Source: Orbicella franksi
Lineage: Eukaryota
Assembly (NCBI GenBank): GCA_964199315.1
Contig: OZ116702.1
Span: 16,492,001 to 16,556,000 of the forward strand
Direction: 5' to 3'
Length of the DNA: 64,000 bases
Positions 60,368 to 64,000 of the stretch are shown here, piece after piece. The first letter of the stretch is position 1, and each line of letters starts with the position of its first letter. Position numbers and translations under genes: made by a program. The notes under the pieces are model-generated. The model saw only the letters and a list, made by a program, of their open reading frames with translations. It had not been told where the DNA came from and did not search any database.

Positions 60368-60850
60368 TCACACGTGAGTGCTCCCACTTTTATCAACGTG
60401 GTCATAGTGAAATCGTTGTTTGTATTCTTGTACGCGCTTGTCAGATACAGAGGGTGTGAAATCAGTGATTGTGTCATCCAAGGTTTGCATCTTGATCAAG
60501 AATCTGTCAAACTCCTCCATGGGAAGTCCTCGCACATAGGTTCTCAATCCGATCAAAGCTTTGTCATAAGTGGTGTACGCAAAGCGACACATGTCGATTT
60601 TGAATGAAAATTTTTTGAAGTCGTTCCACCCCTTAATCACAGTTCCAGCGGCTGTTAAACAGGCAATCAGGAGACCGTTTTCCAAGACGCATCCTACGAC
60701 GATGCCAGTTGCCATGATGATCAATGCCAAAGCATTCAAACAACTGTGGCAACACTTACAGTGGTAAAACATCTGGCGATGACACCACCACAGACGGTGG
60801 TAAAAGGCAAACAACCCATCCAATCGGTTCAGCAAATGTTTGTTTACCAA
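60368..60850 (-). CDS. Two-transmembrane protein, SLATT-like
   Basis: N-terminal helix, two hydrophobic segments (LNALALIIMATGIVVG; LLIACLTAAGTVI), then the helix KIDMCRFAYTTYDKAL. Confidence 0.5.
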   Translation of the reverse strand: MVNKHLLNRLDGLFAFYHRLWWCHRQMFYHCKCCHSCLNALALIIMATGIVVGCVLENGLLIACLTAAGTVIKGWNDFKKFSFKIDMCRFAYTTYDKALIGLRTYVRGLPMEEFDRFLIKMQTLDDTITDFTPSVSDKRVQEYKQRFHYDHVDKSGSTHV

Positions 60851-61600
60851 CTGGGCGCTTTTCTTGGATCATTCATTAGAGATACGGTAGTGATTGAATC
60901 TTGGGAAGAACTCATCACGATGTCTTGACGAATTTGTGACATCGCATACATCCTTCGTCCTTTAAAAGGTGGTGGAGAATCCTTTGATCCTCCAAACTGC
61001 CAGGATGTAATCCAAGACCATGTATCCAAATGGAAGATCTGTCAAACGTTGAAACGTGTCTTGTAAAACTTGCCATTGGGTGGGAAATGCCTGTAACAGT
61101 AAATTCTTCATCCCTAATTGATCTTGTGGATTCTTGAAGGCAACGATGTAGCGGGCGTTTCTGGGAATAGTCTTAGCGTATTTTCCTGGTGGAAACATGT
61201 CTTAGCACGAGTACAACACTGTGACGCTCTGATGGTGAGAATGTTTGGTGAGCAGATCCAACACCCGTTTATCGTTTCCTCCTTCAGCCATTAGATCATC
61301 CAACACGAGTAATCTGCCTCTAGGAAACCACGTTTTCAACTAATCTGTGTCAGCAACGCCTTCGTAAAACTTGATCCCCTGTTCTTTCATGGGTTGAAAC
61401 CCATCTTGCCACACCCCATAGCAATAATGTATTTGGGAGGGTGGGGTATGAGACAAATTGAGGTTGTTCAGTGAACGTTTGGTGGTGAACACTGTCTTGC
61501 CACACCCTGAAGGACCCACCACCAACAGACTGGAAGGGGTGTGAAATTGAAAAGCCTTGCGTTGTTCTGTGAGTCCAAATGACCAAAGGCACATGGGCAT
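60844..61600 (-). pseudogene. FtsK/HerA-family (A32-like) genome packaging ATPase
   Basis: Walker A GPSGCGKT; Walker B LLVLDD and KHSHH at ~61200-61310; RNARYIVAFKNP; broken by frameshifts and a TAA. Confidence 0.9.
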
Positions 61601-61747
61601 GCAGCTTTTGTTACCACATGGAAAAATTGACCCTGCGGGGAATCAAGTGACATTCAAGGATACTAACCATTGTACTACAAGATCATCACACAGAACATGT
61701 TTTCATCGTATTTTAATGTCAAACCAACAATCATTACGCTAAGTGTC

Positions 61748-62290
61748 TCACACCGCAATGTCTTGGTGATGTTTCACTTTATGCACTTTATCCCATTCTA
61801 ACTCTTTCTCAATCAACTTCCTTAACATCTGGCCTACTTTGTGATCATTGTCAACATAATCATATTTCGAGAAACGCCTCAAGAATTCATCCATGCTTTG
61901 ACCTCTCACACTGTCTTTTAAATAGAACAAGGTGTAATCACCACAACTTTTACTGTAAATCGATTGCAGAGACTCTCCGTTGTAAATCACATATTTCCAT
62001 TGACTTTTTAACCAGTCTTGCAGGGGCTCTGTTGTCTCGTAAGACTCCAAAGGTAGGGCGTAGCTGTCCATCACCTAGCACACATTCCCACTATGGGTCC
62101 AAAGCACCAGCCAGTGTCGGCCCGGTCTATCGTGTGGATCCGTGTTCACAATGTACCCACAAGGTTCTTTCTTGATCGGTCGACATGGCAATCGATCACA
62201 AGCCACTGTCCCATAAAAATAGGGTTTCAGGATGGCATCTGCTGTCACCAAATGATCCAGTTGTACGTTATTCAGGGGTACTTTCTCCAT
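61748..62290 (-). pseudogene. Adenain-like (C5/Ulp1 clan) maturation cysteine protease
   Basis: NTDPHDRPGRHW, DSY, LQS...SCGDY triad motifs; one in-frame TAG at 62075-77; ATG overlaps the MCP stop (TAATG). Confidence 0.9.
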
Positions 62291-63202
62291 TAGCGTTGGT
62301 AAATGTTGTACAACACAGCATTGTTCTTGTCTATTTCCAAGAGACCCCATCACGATAGGTTGGGTAAGCCACTATGGTTCTCTTGACATTCATTTTCGTC
62401 ATCAACTCTCAGTAGACGCTGGGGTCGAGCCTTACTTGACACAGGTACATTCTTACTTTGACCTCTTCATGCGTCAATCTGCCAGCTACATTCACACCAT
62501 TCAAGAACAAATTGGGAGAATTAAAATACATCTGGATTCCAATCCGCATGCCAGGTGCCAACAATTTGTTCAAGTGAAACACCTAGATGTGGGGTGTGAA
62601 CCTTAGCACGTGTCATTTTCCATCCGTGTAATTGCCTTGTTCTGCTTTCATGAGTCGCACTGAAGCTTGTTGGTTGGAGGACAATGCTTGGAAAGCGTCA
62701 TGTCCATCTCCTTCCGTGTTTGTGTTGTACGCAGTCAATGGCATTGGAAAGTCCAGGGCATTGTACCAATCTTGAAGTTTAAGCACGGTTTCTCCATCAT
62801 CTCTGTTGTAGTTAAGCAATGTTTCCAAGTATGCCTTGTAATGATAGGTGTCGGTTTGAGGACTGATAAATGTACCATTGAGTCTCACACTGACCTGTTC
62901 AAACAAAGTTTGGGCTAAATTGTTCACGGGCCATAGCCTCGGGGCCTCCACAACGTTATCACCATTCGCCAGTTTGAGTGCCAACTCAATCTCAAACTTC
63001 AACTGAGGACCACGTAATCTTCTTGAGGATCCACTTGGAATTCCATGGGGTTGATGCCTGTCGTGTAGGTCTGAACAGGTACGATGCAATAACGGGACAT
63101 GCTGAGATCAGTGGGTGGAACGGTGAACAGGCTCAGTTGAGGATTCGGGACTAATATGGAACCCGGATGTAACAACCCACCGTCCATCAAAGTATCCGTC
63201 AT
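62290..63202 (-). pseudogene. Double-jelly-roll major capsid protein (hexon-like), with stops, a frameshift and an internal deletion
   Basis: LSLFTVPPTD...PMEFQV...PVNNLAQTLFEQVSVRLNG...YKAYLETLLNY; after AYPT it jumps to the C-terminal LLEIDKNNAVLYNIYQR*. Confidence 0.85.
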
Positions 63203-63654
63203 TTTTTCTTCTTCTTCTCCTTTCTCTTCTCGCTAAGATGTGATCCCAGTCGTAGCCAACAGGTTTACTGACCTCAGGACCAATCCATCTGCCTTTTTGT
63301 ACCTTTTGTTGACGTTTCGAGGTTTGTGGGAACCCTTCAAAACGTGACGTTGACAACCCTTTTCTAGATTTGACGACTCTCGAGCTCCTGGAGTAGACAG
63401 GATTTATTAGTCGCCGAAGATGTCGTTGAATTTTCACTTGATGTTTCTATCTAGGACTTTATAAGTTTTACGTTTCACTGCTTGTTTAGTGCTCCGTGTT
63501 GCACCCTCTTTCGCCTCTTGAATGCTATCTCGAACACCGCAACCGTTTTTTAACCCTTTCAGACCTCCCTAACACTTGCTTTCAGCAATTCTTGAACAAA
63601 GCCACCTCCGTCTTGTGGGTCAGGTTTGAAACGTGTTAAACTTCCACCTTTCAT
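63200..63654 (-). pseudogene. Two small basic proteins between penton and MCP
   Basis: 63654-63407 MKGGSL...QDGGGFVQELL...(frameshift)...K*KFNDIFGD*; ~63400-63200 is an Arg-rich ORF with QKGRW and RRERRRRR; ATGA overlap with the penton stop. Confidence 0.5.
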
Positions 63655-64000
63655 GCTCGTTTGAAGTGAAGGGTGAGAATCATGTTTCCTTCACCAAATT
63701 CAGTCAATTCACCTGTTGTCTCCGACACTTGCGTCTAAATAATGTCCAACTGGGCCTTGCGTAACAGAATATATTGAACGTGGAGTGGTTCAAAATAGTG
63801 ACTTCCATCCCCTGTGTGTCGATAATTGACCTCTCGCAATAGATCCGTGACTTGATTTCTAACCATTGAACTTCCTCCCACATTGGAATAAATGAACAAG
63901 GAACGTGATGTCGAACCCATCAGTTTTGAAAGGTTTTGTTGAGATTCGTGATGCGCCAATCGCAAGTAATGCTCAGCAAAAAAGGTCTCCTGCTATCAGC
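63651..64000 (-). pseudogene. Minor capsid protein (penton, single jelly roll), C-terminal part
   Basis: SLFIYSNVGGSSMV.NQVTDLLREV...YFEP...QY...LDII*TQVSETTG...F.EG...LTLHFKRA* matches the Polinton penton C-terminal pattern. Confidence 0.8.

Larger units (their letters stand above)
50523..64000 (-). mobile_element. Endogenous Polinton/Maverick (adintovirus-like) element, left part, pseudogenised; runs off the window
   Basis: AGTAGT terminus at 50523; co-oriented pPolB, PLA2, ATPase, protease, MCP and penton genes; multiple stops and frameshifts. Confidence 0.93.

Noticed and set aside
50523-64000. Retroviral-like integrase expected in a Polinton
   Set aside because: No rve/DDE motifs found inside the element in this window; the rve remnant at 48-49 kb lies outside the terminus and has introns, so it is not assigned to the virus

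Overview
Animal nuclear DNA, most likely an anthozoan/stony coral (inferred from the repeat landscape and gene style, not verified). The window has three layers. (1) 2.8-34.6 kb: one apparently intact 15-exon ionotropic glutamate receptor gene on the minus strand (927 aa by my splice reconstruction). It has a genomically encoded Arg at the Q/R site and glycine-type ligand-pocket residues. Its intron 2 is inflated from about 0.7 kb to 9.6 kb by an inverted two-armed Penelope-like element, which carries a minimal U3-A8 hammerhead ribozyme in the host-sense orientation. A very young BEL/Pao LTR retrotransposon (identical 222-bp LTRs, ATGAC TSD, tRNA-Tyr PBS) has inserted into that element. (2) 35-50.5 kb: a transposon graveyard with an AcademH-like derivative (9-bp TSD), Kolobok-like MITEs, a ~1.6-kb tandem duplication and a decayed rve-type transposase. 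(3) 50.5-64 kb: the left ~13.5 kb of a pseudogenised endogenous Polinton/Maverick (adintovirus-like) virus. It starts at an AGTAGT terminus and encodes pPolB, a parvovirus-type PLA2, several small basic proteins sharing a QxG(G/S) motif, a SLATT-like 2-TM protein, a packaging ATPase, an adenain-like protease, a major capsid protein and the end of a penton gene. A 5'-truncated LINE has inserted in frame into the pPolB gene. All calls were made by eye from motifs; no database searches were run.
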